Shown here piece after piece: positions 1 through 11,600 of a stretch of DNA of 58,926 nucleotides. The stretch is from Nemertoderma westbladi (taxonomy: Eukaryota; Animalia; Xenacoelomorpha). Below the pieces are notes generated by a model. That model was not told the origin of the DNA and did no database searches. It worked only from the letters and a program-made list of their open reading frames with translations. The position numbers and the translations under genes were made by a program. The number at the start of each line of letters is the position of its first letter. Positions within the stretch are counted from its first letter, which is position 1. The DNA lies in NCBI GenBank assembly GCA_032718475.1, contig JAUCBJ010008163.1, positions 1-58,926 on the forward strand. The letters are read 5' to 3'.

Positions 1-19
1 AGCATTAACCTTGGTGGTT

Positions 20-835
20 GGTTGGCTTTTCCTCCCAGTGAGCAGGTTTACTGATTGCTTTGCCTGAGCTGATTGCCTGCTATCATCAGCGTTAATGGCA
101 TCAACCTCGGCCCTACTTATTCATAAGCTCCTTTAGCATCCTTGTCTGTCTCCGTGTGCCCTAGTCGGCGGGACTCATTCTGCGCCATTTGAGGTCATTT
201 CGGCACTTCCGAATTCTGTGATCAGTGCGGGTGGGGGGGGGGGGGGGGGGGCTATTTCCTGTTTCGAGGGTATACAGGATCTGTTTCAGCAGCTGCTAAA
301 TTAACTGCTTCTGTGAAGGCAGTATAGCCCACGCAGTGATTTGCCGCCTCAGAGGCGAGAACCTCATACCTGTTGTTCAACTGTAGTGTGAAGCTGGATC
401 TCACAACTGGGCTGTTGCAACAAAGAGGACCAGTCATTCCTTGGCAATTCTGCTAGCGTGGAGACTAAGTCTTACCTTGGCCACAATAATAGGTAATAGC
501 TGGATAAGGGTCGAAGTGCAAATATACTTCAGTCTTGTACAGAATAGAGCTCCTGTATTTCCCACGAAACAGAATATGGTATATCTGGGACGTGTGACCA
601 CTTGGTCCAGTATGAGATGTAGATGAGTGATGTAGACTTGCATTAAAGTCACCCAGGCAAATTAAGAATGCATGCTGATCCACTCCATCAGTAGATGCAT
701 GTAGATTGTGGTAGAAATTTTCCACTTCATCTTTCTGCACACTTCTTCTTGTTCCACATACTATGCAAGTCTCTTCACAAATCACATTCGGGAAGTTTAC
801 CTTTAAGAGTGGGAATATGTTCGTCACCATCCATT
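20..835 (-). mobile_element. Degenerate RTE-type LINE fragment (APE endonuclease region)
   Basis: ORF 465-830 reads ...FYHNLH...LICLGDFNA (APE motif). The next piece reads FTLQLNNRYEVLA, typical of the RTE post-endonuclease linker. Frameshifted; boundaries approximate. Confidence 0.7.
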
Positions 836-2154
836 TCCATCAAGTCATAATAATAATAGGCAAATGAAAGTGATAGTTTCGACGCAATCAAAATTGATCC
901 CTCTCCAGGGTGAAAATCGACGCAAATAACACCTGATTACTCTCAAAAATTAAACTTCTATCTGTTCTGTTGATATTCGTTTATTGTTTTGTTCCGAATA
1001 ACGTGCCACTGTAAACTGCTCCTTTCCTTAAATTGATAATTTAACATTGATACAAAATATTAATTCGCCGAAATGGGATTGCCCCCCCCCCCCCCCCCCC
1101 CCCCTCCCCTGTCTCGACGGTGCATAGTGTGATGCACCTGACTGTTCCAAAACTAATATCTTAGCAGAATTTAGAGTGAGTTAACTATTAACTTTAGGTC
1201 TCGATAAACGCCTGAGATACTTTAAAATTCATATTTGTATTAAACAATATCCCCCCAAGTCACGATATGATGTTGACTAACAGTCGAAGGTTATAGCTAT
1301 GCGACGTGTGTTACATTTAATCTCTCAAAACTCTGGTAAGGTAGGCCTAGGGAATACTGCATTATAGTTATACTGTAAATTAAATTCTTGTTAAATTGTC
1401 TTATTTGGTCTGTTGCTATGGTAACGTGGACTGTAAATGTCACCCGAATGTGTACAATATGACGGGAAGTATCACCATGCTTCTTAGCTGTAGTGATATT
1501 TTCAAATAATTACAAATATAGAAGCAAATAGTTGAGTAAAGGTACACGAATTCTCCACTTAAACTTAATATTTTGATACTTGTGTAAATTACTCTGGTCC
1601 AAATAATGGGTCTGTGTCTGCGACATTAGACGCTATTTGATTTTATATTGCCCTTGATGTGTTCCCAAGATGTCATATAAGTTGTGTGATGGGTTTTTTG
1701 ATTTTTAAAACTGTTTGTTGATTTTCTCAGGAAAAGGAAAGGTGAGACAAAGAAATTGATAATTTAAATTTCATAAATCTGTTGCTAAGGCGGTTACTAG
1801 GGCCGGGTTGGCGGACTGCAAGGGAATTTCGGAAATTTTCTTCTTTACCAAAGTGTTTATAACAGTTTCAGGACAACATTGATGCATTTTGATTAACTTT
1901 CAATTTATACACTGGTTATGAGACGAGATTCACTAGCATTCACCATGAACTTGTATCCTAAAATTGAAGAAAACACATTTTTGAGCAAAAAACTTTGAAG
2001 CCCAAAAAAAGGCATTAAATCAAAAATGCAGAGGTGGCATCCGGCCTAGCCGGATTCGCCATGTCTTGAAGTACAAACATCAGGTGGATGCCAACCATTA
2101 ACAAAAAATGCCATCTAAACTTAATTTTCGGGAGTTGGCAGGTAGACTATTAAT

Positions 2155-2577
2155 ACGGATGTAAGTTATTGCATTACGGATGTAAGTTATTGTATTACAG
2201 GTGTAAGTTATTGTATTACGGATGTAAGTTATTGTATTACGGGTGTAAGTTATTGTATTACAGGTGTAAGTTATTGTATTACGGGTGTAAGTTATTGTAT
2301 TACGGGTGTAAGTTATTGTATTACGGGTGTAAGTTATCGTATTACGGGTGTAAGTTATTGTATTACGGGTGTAAGTTATTGTATTGCGGGTGTAAGTTAT
2401 TGTATTAATACGGATGTAAGTTATTGTATTACGGATGTAAGTTATTGTATTACAGGTGTAAGTTATTGTATTACGGATGTAAGTTATTGTATTACAGTGG
2501 TGTAAGTTATTGTATTACGGGTGTAAGTTATTGTATTACGGGTGTAAGGTATTGTATTACGGATGTAAGTTATTGTA
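2155..2577. repeat. 21-bp minisatellite, ~20 copies (ACGGRTGTAAGTTATTGTATT)
   Basis: Direct tandem repetition; produces the spurious YYGCKLL ORFs. Confidence 0.97.
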
Positions 2578-2756
2578 TGCCATTGCACTTCACCCCGACA
2601 AATAACCAGAAGAATACCCGGGGGTTCCTACATGCAACACCGGAAATCGTGTATAATATCCAACAACTGTAGGTATACTGGTCAACAGCAAAACTTGTCT
2701 TGGCAACACTTTACCAGTTTAGTAACCATGGTAACTTTCTATTAAAATGTTTGCAG

Positions 2757-2812
2757 TTAATTACGCCGAGACTTATCTCAGCCAAACCGCCGTTGATGAC
2801 TGCCGCTATGAC
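2757..2812 (+). CDS. ZMYND11: ZMYND11 exon: C-terminal helix of bromodomain
   Basis: tttgcag| ... |gtaagt. Encodes (V)NYAETYLSQTAVDDCRYD, 19 aa, co-linear with the recalled human ADSEQADIARMLYKDTCHE. The phase-0 end joins exon 7219. Upstream exons were not found in the window. Confidence 0.75.
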
Positions 2813-3214
2813 GTAAGTTCTACCCAATCAAATCTGAGATGTTTATCCTCAATAGATCTTAGTAATTTGATTGGTTATTACCCCTGTCTGTCTGTAGTAA
2901 CTAACCATACTGATTGTATCAACTCACCCGCATTGGTACACCATTGAAATCGTGTAGTTTGTTTATAAATCGTTGGTATGGCAACTCATGGAGTTGGGAG
3001 TTTGTATGGAAGTGTGTGTTGTGTGAGCACCGAGACATCTGGTTCAATATCAATAGGCACACAGTACAAGTGTAGATTATCGTATTTAGAACTACTGCAA
3101 AATTTGACCAATTTGGAATCGAATGATATCTAACATTTTCCATATCAGTATAAAACCTTTGCATTATTACATCTAATACTACCTATCCATGTCTTCAATC
3201 AGTAGCAATTTCCC

Positions 3215-3515
3215 TTAGCTTGATATAGGAACAACAGAACCGCCTCCGCTTTGCAGGACATTGCTTTCGCCGTGAGGACCAGCCAGTGCTTAATATTGTG
3301 CTTTGGCGGCCTCACGGAATGAATAAGCATGGTGGACAGCCCATGACTTTCTTGAGACGCATCTTAAAGGACACTGGCCTTGAAGATGCGGATGATCTAG
3401 CAAATATCATGGGTGATAGGGAGTTGTGGCGGCGCAATTTTGTCGACAAGACGGCATTCTTAATAAAATATGTACCGGTAATATATGCAGCATGCCGATA
3501 GTAGTTGTAGTAATA
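3215..3515 (+). mobile_element. 5'-truncated RTE LINE 3' end, (TAG)n-like tail
   Basis: Encodes RLRFAGHCFRREDQPV..VLW..HG, the RTE ORF C-terminus. Near-identical to copies at ~47140-47600 (-) and ~53085-53785 (+). Confidence 0.85.
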
Positions 3516-3524
3516 TCGGTTAAG

Positions 3525-3900
3525 TTAATAAAGGCAGGTGTCGGTAGAATATGATTTACGAAAACCGGACTGAAACTCAAAGATCAGATTTAGCCTACTA
3601 AGATGTGCTTCATCCAGCTGTAGAAAAACAGATCGTTCTAGAATATTAGATACAATACTTAAGATAGGTTGTACTACCTTGGCTAATTTCAGTGGTACTA
3701 CATTATCTACGGCGGAGTAATTAATAATAAAAGTAATAGGCACTTTAAGTACGTCAACACCATCCTTAAGAAAACGGGCAGGTATTAGGTCTAGACCGGT
3801 ACTTATAGTACTCTGTATGTGGTTTCTCGAAATCAGGTTTGTTGAATTCCCATTTATGTTTGCCGCTGTACTTTCCTCTAATTATTCCTATAAAGATTTT
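3525..3900 (-). mobile_element. CR1/L2-group LINE RT fragment (pseudogene)
   Basis: LDLIPARFLKD...PITFIIN and FEFQSGFRKSYSTDTCL motifs; internally deleted. Confidence 0.75.
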
Positions 3901-4019
3901 TTGTTTACCCAACTCAATGTCTCACCTCGCACTATTATCGCTTTGCAGACGGTTCTCCGGAAACAACACTTGCGAACTCGAGTATCCGGGCCGGTATATA
4001 TGACGTAAGTGGTATCCTT

Positions 4020-5712
4020 ATTGTCATGGTGACGGGTTTACATGGTTCATGTAGGCCAGGGCAAGTACCGATATATCTTGTCTGTCTGTCGGTATTTTAT
4101 TCAACCTTTTGCATTTCGTCTGAAGATATTTATCCTGAATTATAGACAGACGAAATCTATAAGTGCAAAGTTTCTTGTGGAATGGTCTAAATTGTTTCTA
4201 GAATTATCAAAGAAAGGGTTTTCTCTGTTTTCTCTAAGGTGCTTACTATTTATTTATCGTGTTCAGGAATGTTATGTTAGGTGGAATAACTCAAATGAAA
4301 TGAATGAAAAGTGAAATGTAATGTTCGTAATGAAGTTAGACAAGGCTCTATAGTTTCACCTTTGCATTTCTGTATAGTGTTAAATATTTTAATAAATAGA
4401 CTAAAAATATCTAAGGTTGGTTGTTATATAGGCTCTCATTATTTCGGATGCTTAGCGTATGTTGATGATGTTTTATTGCTATGTCCGTCTGTAATAGGTC
4501 TACAATTTATGAATATGTGTTATTTTTTGTAAAGAATTAAACTTACGTTTAAGTATGGACAGTAATCGAGTTAAGTGCAAATGTAAATGTATCCCTTTTC
4601 AGTTTGATTGGAACCCCCTGATACTGTTACTGTAAATGATATTGTTTCACCATGGGTGCAGCAGGCGACACATTTAGGTGTTACTTTAGATTACAAGTGT
4701 TTAATAAATAGTGATGTACTTCGTAAGAGAGCGGAATTTATTTCCAAATTAGCTAAACTCAGACAAGAATTTCATTTTTTTTGTGCTACTCCTAGTATTT
4801 TATGTAATATTCAAAGATTATAAACAACTTCTTTCTACGGTAGTCCCGTCCCGTCTGGAACCTTTCTTCTTTTAGTGTTAATAAAATATATACTGCGTGG
4901 AACATTAATGTTAGGCGTATTTGGAACTTACCTTATAATAGTGACCGTTACATTGTAGAAGGATTGGGGTAGGTGTAAAACGCGGATCCGGATCCGTTTC
5001 CGGATCCGGATTCCAAAATTATCAATTAAGGTAAAGGAGCAGGTTACAGCGACACGTTATTTTAACCAAAACAATAAACTAAAGTCAATAGAACAGGTTA
5101 TAGTTTTATTTTTGGGAGTTATAAAAATGTAAAAAAAATCGACTTCCGTAGGGACAATGTTAAATGTAGAATCCGGATCCGCGTTTTACTCCGACCCGAA
5201 GGATTGGTGAATTTTCTACACCCTAAAGTTATGTTATGGAGCCGTTTAGTAGGCTTCGCGCTGGGGGTAATGAATTCTAGTAAACTACGTGTCCGTTTTC
5301 TAAGCAGGTTATTATTTCATGATTGTAGAAGTACAAGTGGTAATAATAATCTTAGGTTAATAAGCAATGAATGGGGTATACCAATAAACAAGCTGAATCC
5401 GGGTACTGTAAAAAGATTAATACATTATGCACCAGCTCCTGTTGGTAGTGTTATAGCGATAAATTTCTGTAAGGAGTTATCCAACATTCTTATTACTGAA
5501 TGTGTAGTACCGGGATTCAGTTATGTGTCAAGTGCTTAGAACTGGTTACTTCTTTCGTTACTATATTTCTTTCTTCTGTTTTGTGTTCAATTTAATACTT
5601 TTAGTTTTAGTATCCATGTCCATTATTGTGCTTCTTCTTTTTTTGTGTTTTTTTTTGTTATTGTACGTACCGAGCCTCGGCTTGTGTATGTTAATAATAA
5701 TAATAATAATAA
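4020..5712 (+). mobile_element. Degenerate 5'-truncated LINE (RT, possibly RTE-X-like), interrupted by a MITE
   Basis: VRQGSIVSP and GCLAYVDDVLLLCPS RT motifs in broken ORFs 4042-5539; T-rich 3' UTR and (TAA)n tail at 5692-5712. Confidence 0.85.
4967..5197. mobile_element. Mutator(MULE)-like MITE, 231 bp
   Basis: 27-bp TIRs (GGGTAGGTGTAAAACGCGGATCCGGAT vs GGGTCGGAGTAAAACGCGGATCCGGAT, 2 mismatches). Perfect 9-bp TSD GAAGGATTG at 4958-4966 and 5198-5206. Confidence 0.9.
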
Positions 5713-7218
5713 AGTCATCCAGATTTGTAAAAATTAGAGATACTGTCTGTACATTAATACAATGTTAGAGTTAGTGATATACAGGGATACATACTGAGAC
5801 ATATACTGTACATACATTGAGATTGACATTGATTGTTATGCTTGACCAGCTGCAAATATCGTACATATATATTAATGTGTCTCGTTATTACTACACATGC
5901 GTGTCGTTATTACCACAATGGGTGTCGTTATTACCACAATGGGTGTGACTGTAGTTAGTAATGGTGTGGATTGTTGTACTATTACCATTACGGTGTGTCT
6001 ACTCTACATAGGGGTGGTGGTTAGCTTTGTTTGTCTCTTTAGGTTTTCCATCATGGTACATCGCACTCATCCCTTCGTTTTGGCCTTCTATATCCTTAAC
6101 TGTGTTTTCATTAAGAATTCATCTATAGTTCCCCTATAAGAGCGTATCTGCTAATTAATTAACATGCTATTGTTTTATTAACTGATGCTTTATATTGTTT
6201 GCTTTTATTTACCGTTATTATTACCTTTATTTACTTAGTGGCTTATTCATGGTGTCAGGAGATACATTATGATTCATTTTTTCTTACTTCAGAACTATTT
6301 GGGTGAAAAAAAGTTTTTGGAAAAGATGTACAACTACAACATACAATAACCTTTGTTATCCTAGCCTGATCCTTAAGAAAGATTAAGAAAATTTTTAATT
6401 ATTGAATTGGATTAACGGCGATGTTGGGCTGCTTATATTGGCGTTGTATTTCCTGTTGCCAAGCAACCGTTATTATATCGAGCGACTGCGACTGTCTAAC
6501 CTAACGTATGAGAAGCAGACTGGACGTAGTCGCGCAGCTCAGCTCTCCTATTTGGGTGCTAAATTTATTTATTATTTTGGTTAGAGAAGCTCGTCTCCGT
6601 AATCTGTTCCTTTCCCTTTTTAAGTGCATTAAATTCTGAAATTAAGTTCAGAAACCTCTTCAGCCGAAGCGGCACCTGCCTTGTTTCCCTCCAGACCTGC
6701 GGACGTTTTGGCCCTTAGACAGTAACACCCCGTCAAAATGTGAAACGCGCCAGACTTCTGCTGTTATATTTCACTTTGCAGTTTTCCCCTATTTTTACAA
6801 AAAACCCAGGTTACTTAAGTGCTAAATCTAACCAAAACAATAAACGAATTAGTATCTGTACAAGTTATAAGATATTAATAAGCGCTATTCAATATTTTAT
6901 AAGGAGAAATTAAAAAAAATTGCAAATTCTTCATTTATATAGAAATTTTAAAATATTTTGACCAAAAGTGAAAATCCGGTATTCTTAACTTGGACGAACA
7001 TTCCTAGAAAGAGATGGGTTACAGCCTCCATGCTTTTACTCAGAATAGCCGCGGTGTTGTCATTGTATCGCGTTCCTCCTCCACTGCGCCTATTATTATT
7101 CTTTATTATCGGAATAGATTATGTTCTTATCCTTTTTTAGGTTTATGTGCAGTAAATATGCCTATGAAATTTATTAATAAATTATTTTCCATTTATTTGT
7201 ATTAAATATTTATCGTAG

Positions 7219-7418
7219 TTAAAAGAGATTCGCCTTTGTAAAGACTGCTATCGCTATAGCAACAGCAAGACGTGTTGTGATTGGTTCACCCGGCCGTGCG
7301 ACCCAGCCCATCAGGTTGTCTGGGCGAGGATGGCCGGCTACGGGTGGTGGCCCGGGAAGGTTCTACGCACGCTGAACGGTCGCAAGGACGTTCGGTTCTT
7401 CGGTGGCAAACACGAGCG
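7219..7418 (+). CDS. ZMYND11: ZMYND11 exon: zinc knuckle + PWWP domain
   Basis: tatcgtag| LKEIRLCKDCYRYSNSKTCCDWFTRPCDPAHQVVWARMAGYGWWPGKVLRTLNGRKDVRFFGGKHE(R) |gtgagt. Matches the recalled human LDELQLCKNCF..WFCYPC..HELVWAKMKGFGFWPAKV..VDVRFFG. Not in the ORF track. Confidence 0.95.
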
Positions 7419-7883
7419 GTGAGTGGTCAATGGGTTGCTATGGGAACAACGCGTTCTTAGGGCGCCACTGACAGTGGCTGCTAGTTCCCAATATTATATG
7501 TTTTTCCGAATTATTTTTTATTAACTATTTTGATAAATGTAAGTGAATATATTAGAATAACCATCATTAACTATTATAACAATTAATCTGTAAGCTGCAA
7601 CCACTAAATAACATGTATGTAACCTACATGTTTACAGACATGTCTGTTTTTGGACACCGCACCAAAAAAAATTTTAAGACAATCTAAAATATATGGTTTT
7701 TGTATATAATAAATGGTTACAAAAAGTTTTAAATCTAAAAAGTAAGAAATAAAGTTCGGTATTATTTGGAGACTTTTAGTGAGAAGAGAAATAATGTAAT
7801 AAAATAAATGCACCTAGTGAAATAATGTAGGTCGATAAAGTACGAAAAATAATTACATTTTAAAATAATTTTTTGATTTTCAG

Positions 7884-8079
7884 CGCAACGATAGACTCTA
7901 AAGATATTAAACCGATTAGCGAATCGGCTAACAACCTAGTAAAGAAACGAACCGCCGCTGTCAATAAGGCCATTACCGAGTTGGAGATGTACCTGAAGAA
8001 CACAGAGGACTACAGCGAGACAGGGAGCGTGTTCAGTAACCCGTTGGACGACGACTTACACTCAGTTGTCGGTTCCGAG
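7884..8079 (+). CDS. ZMYND11: ZMYND11 exon: end of PWWP + linker
   Basis: ttttcag| phase 2 matches the previous exon (CG+C = Arg). ATIDSKDIKPIS...AVNKAITELEMY; ends GAG|gtcagt, phase 0. Confidence 0.9.
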
Positions 8080-8646
8080 GTCAGTAGCCAACTGTATCTT
8101 TCAATATTAATATGTAGTTTGTTTGTGTATGATTTTTAGCATTAAGAAAAAATTTTTACCTACAAATGAGTTTTTTATGTTATATTATTATTTTTAGTGG
8201 ATTTGCAATATTTTATATTTTTCATTAACTAGGGATTTATTTAGTGATGAGTAAAGTGTTTAAACGGGATTCCGATCCCGAAAAACCGGGAACCCACCGA
8301 TAAATTCAATCCCATCCCGACTTTTTTTGGAACGGGATCACTAAGTATAAATTGTGAACTGTGAAGTTTATATCTGATATATGATAATTAGTTCCAGCAG
8401 AACGGAATTGTTTTGATTATATCGAATTTTTATTTCAGTAAATCATCTAGTAATCAATTGCAAAATAATTTTAATATAATTTTATCTTACTAATATTTCA
8501 GAAGTAAAATAAAGTGAGTGTGAGATTTTGACATTAAATTTAAATGAATGTTTAATTATTTTTAGTGAAAATTTATTTATTTTTCATGATTCAAGAATTA
8601 TGTGCCAAAATAATTCTACCAAAACAACAATAATAAACTATGTCAG

Positions 8647-11600
8647 GTGGAAGATTCATGTGGAAGGGTTTACTGTGGAAGATCACCCATGGTGATGAAC
8701 AGGCATTCCTTTAGGAAACAGAGTGGAAGGGTTTACTGTGGAAGATCACCCATGGTGATGAACAGGCATTCCTTTAGGAAACAGTGTGGAAGGGTTTACT
8801 GTGGAAGATCACCCATGGTGATGAACAGGCATTCCTTTAGGAAACAGAGTGGAAGGGTTTACTGTGGAAGATTACCCATGGTGATGAACAGGCATTCCTT
8901 TACGAAACAGAGTGGAAGGGTTTACTGTGGAAGATCACCCATGGTGGTGAACAGGCATTCCTTTAGGAAACAGAGTGGAAGGGTTTACTGTGGAAGATGA
9001 CCCCTGGTGGTGAACAGGTATTCCTGTAGGAAACAGAGTGGAAGGGTTTACTGTGGAAGATCACCCGTGGTGATGAACAGGCATTCCTTTAGGAAACAGA
9101 GTGGAAGGGTTTACTGTGGAAGATTACCCATGGTGATGAACAGGCATTCCTTTACGAAACAGAGTGGAAGGGTTTACTGTGGAAGATCACCCATGGTGGT
9201 GAACAGGCATTCCTTTAGGAAACAGAGTGGAAGGGTTTACTGTGGAAGATGACCCCTGGTGGTGAACAGGTATTCCTGTAGGAAACAGAGTGGAAGGGTT
9301 TACTGTGGAAGATCACCCATGGTGATGAACAGGCATTCCTTTAGGAAACAGAGTGGAAGGGTTTACTGTGGAAGATCACCCATGGTGGTGATCAGGCATT
9401 CCTTTAGGAAACAGAGTGGATGGGTTTACTGTGGAAGATCACCCATGGTGGTGAACAGGTATCCCTGTAGGAAACAGAGTGGAAGGGTTTACTGTGGAAG
9501 ATCATCCATGGTGGTGAACAGGCATACCTTTATGAAACAGAGTGGAAGGGTTTACTGTGGAAGATTACCCATGGTGATGAACAGGCATTCCTTTAGGAAA
9601 CAGTGTGGAAGGGTTTACTGTGGAAGATCACCCATGGTGATGAACAGGCATTCCTTTAGGAAACAGTGTGGAAGGGTTTACTGTGGAAGATCACCCATGG
9701 TGATGAACAGGCATTCCTTTAGGAAACAGAGTGGAAGGGTTTACTGTGGAAGATTACCCATGGTGATGAACAGGCATTCCTTTACGAAACAGAGTGGAAG
9801 GGTTTACTGTGGAAGATCACCCATGGTGGTAAACAGGCATTCCTTTAGGAAACAGAGTGGAAGGGTTTACTGTGGAAGATGACCCCTGGTGGTGAACAGG
9901 TATTCCTGTAGGAAACAGAGTGGAAGGGTTTACTGTGGAAGATCACCCATGGTGATGAACAGGCATTCCTTTAGGAAACAGAGTGGAAGGGTTTACTGTG
10001 GAAGATTACCCATGGTGATGAACAGGCATTCCTTTACGAAACAGAGTGGAAGGGTTTACTGTGGAAGATCACCCATGGTGGTGAACAGGCATTCCTTTAG
10101 GAAACAGAGTGGAAGGGTTTACTGTGGAAGATGACCCCTGGTGGTGAACAGGTATTCCTGTAGGAAACAGAGTGGAAGGGTTTACTGTGGAAGATCATCC
10201 ATGGTGGTGAACAGGCATACCTTTATGAAACAGAGTGGAAGGGTTTACTGTGGAAGATTACCCATGGTGATGAACAGGCATTCCTTTACGAAACAGAGTG
10301 GAAGGGTTTACTGTGGAAGATCACCCATGGTGGTGAACAGGCATTCCTTTAGGAAACAGAGTGGAAGGGTTTACTGTGGAAGATGACCCCTGGTGGTGAA
10401 CAGGTATTCCTGTAGGAAACAGAGTGGAAGGGTTTACTGTGGAAGATTACCCATGGTGATGAACAGGCATTCCTTTACGAAACAGAGTGGAAGGGTTTAC
10501 TGTGGAAGATCACCCATGGTGATGAACAGGCATTCCTTTAGGAAACAGTGTGGAAGGGTTTACTGTGGAAGATCACCCATGGTGATGAACAGGCATTCCT
10601 TTAGGAAACAGAGTGGAAGGGTTTACTGTGGAAGATTACCCATGGTGATGAACAGGCATTCCTTTACGAAACAGAGTGGAAGGGTTTACTGTGGAAGATT
10701 ACCCATGGTGATGAACAGGCATTCCTTTACGAAACAGAGTGGAAGGGTTTACTGTGGAAGATCACCCATGGTGATGAACAGGCATTCCTTTAGGAAACAG
10801 AGTGGAAGGGTTTACTGTGGAAGATCACCCATGGTGGTGAGCAGGCATTCCTTTAGAAAACAGAGTGGAACGGTTTACTGTGGAAGATTACCCATGGTGG
10901 TGAATGGGCATTCCTTTAGAAAACAGAGATGAAGGGTTTACTGTGGAAGATCACCCATGGTAATGAACAGGCATACCTTTATGAAACAGAGTGGAAGGGT
11001 TTACTGTGGAAGATCACCCCTGGTGGTGAACAGGTATTCCTGTAGGAAACAGAGTGGAAGGGTTTACTGTGGAAGATGACCCCTGGTGGTGAACAGGTAT
11101 TCCTGTAGGAAACAGAGTGGAAGGGTTTACTGTGGAAGATCACCCATGGTGATGAACAGGCATTCCTTTAGGAAACAGAGTGGAAGGGTTTACTGTGGAA
11201 GATCACCCATGGTGGTGATCAGGCATTCCTTTAGGAAACAGAGTGGAAGGGTTTACTGTGGAAGATCACCCATGGTGGTGAACAGGTATCCCTGTAGGAA
11301 ACAGAGTGGAAGGGTTTACTGTGGAAGATCATCCATGGTGGTGAACAGGCATACCTTTATGAAACCGAGTGGAATGGTTTAATGTGGAAGATCACCCATG
11401 GTGGTGATCAGGCATTCCTTTAGGAAACAGATTGGAAGGGTTTACTGGGGAAGATCATCCATGGTGGTGAACAGGCATACCTTTATGAAACCGAGTGGAA
11501 TGGTTTAATGTGGAAGATCACCCATGGTGGTGATCAGGCATTCCTTTAGGAAACAGATTGGAAGGGTTTACTGGGGAAGATCATCCATGGTGGTGAACAG

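Noticed and set aside
1731-1741. 11-nt microexon candidate (ttttctcag|GAAAAGGAAAG|gtgaga)
   Set aside because: The splice signals are good, but it is not frame-preserving, and the 2757 exon already aligns to the bromodomain with no room for extra residues. It cannot be supported without RNA-seq.
2169-2672. Cys/Tyr-rich YYGCKLL ORFs
   Set aside because: Translation of a 21-bp minisatellite; non-ATG starts and no splice support.
5523-6139. Hydrophobic membrane-like ORFs
   Set aside because: Translation of a T-rich LINE 3' UTR, a (TAA)n tail and a short 21-bp duplication.
7260-7490. GC-rich island resembling a structured ncRNA (RNase P-like GGGAAGG...TCAATGG)
   Set aside because: No CR-V/P4 partner; the island is explained by the PWWP-coding exon 7219-7418.
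8242-8343. hAT-like mini-MITE (TAGTGAT...ATCACTA)
   Set aside because: Only a 7-bp inverted match and no 8-bp TSD.
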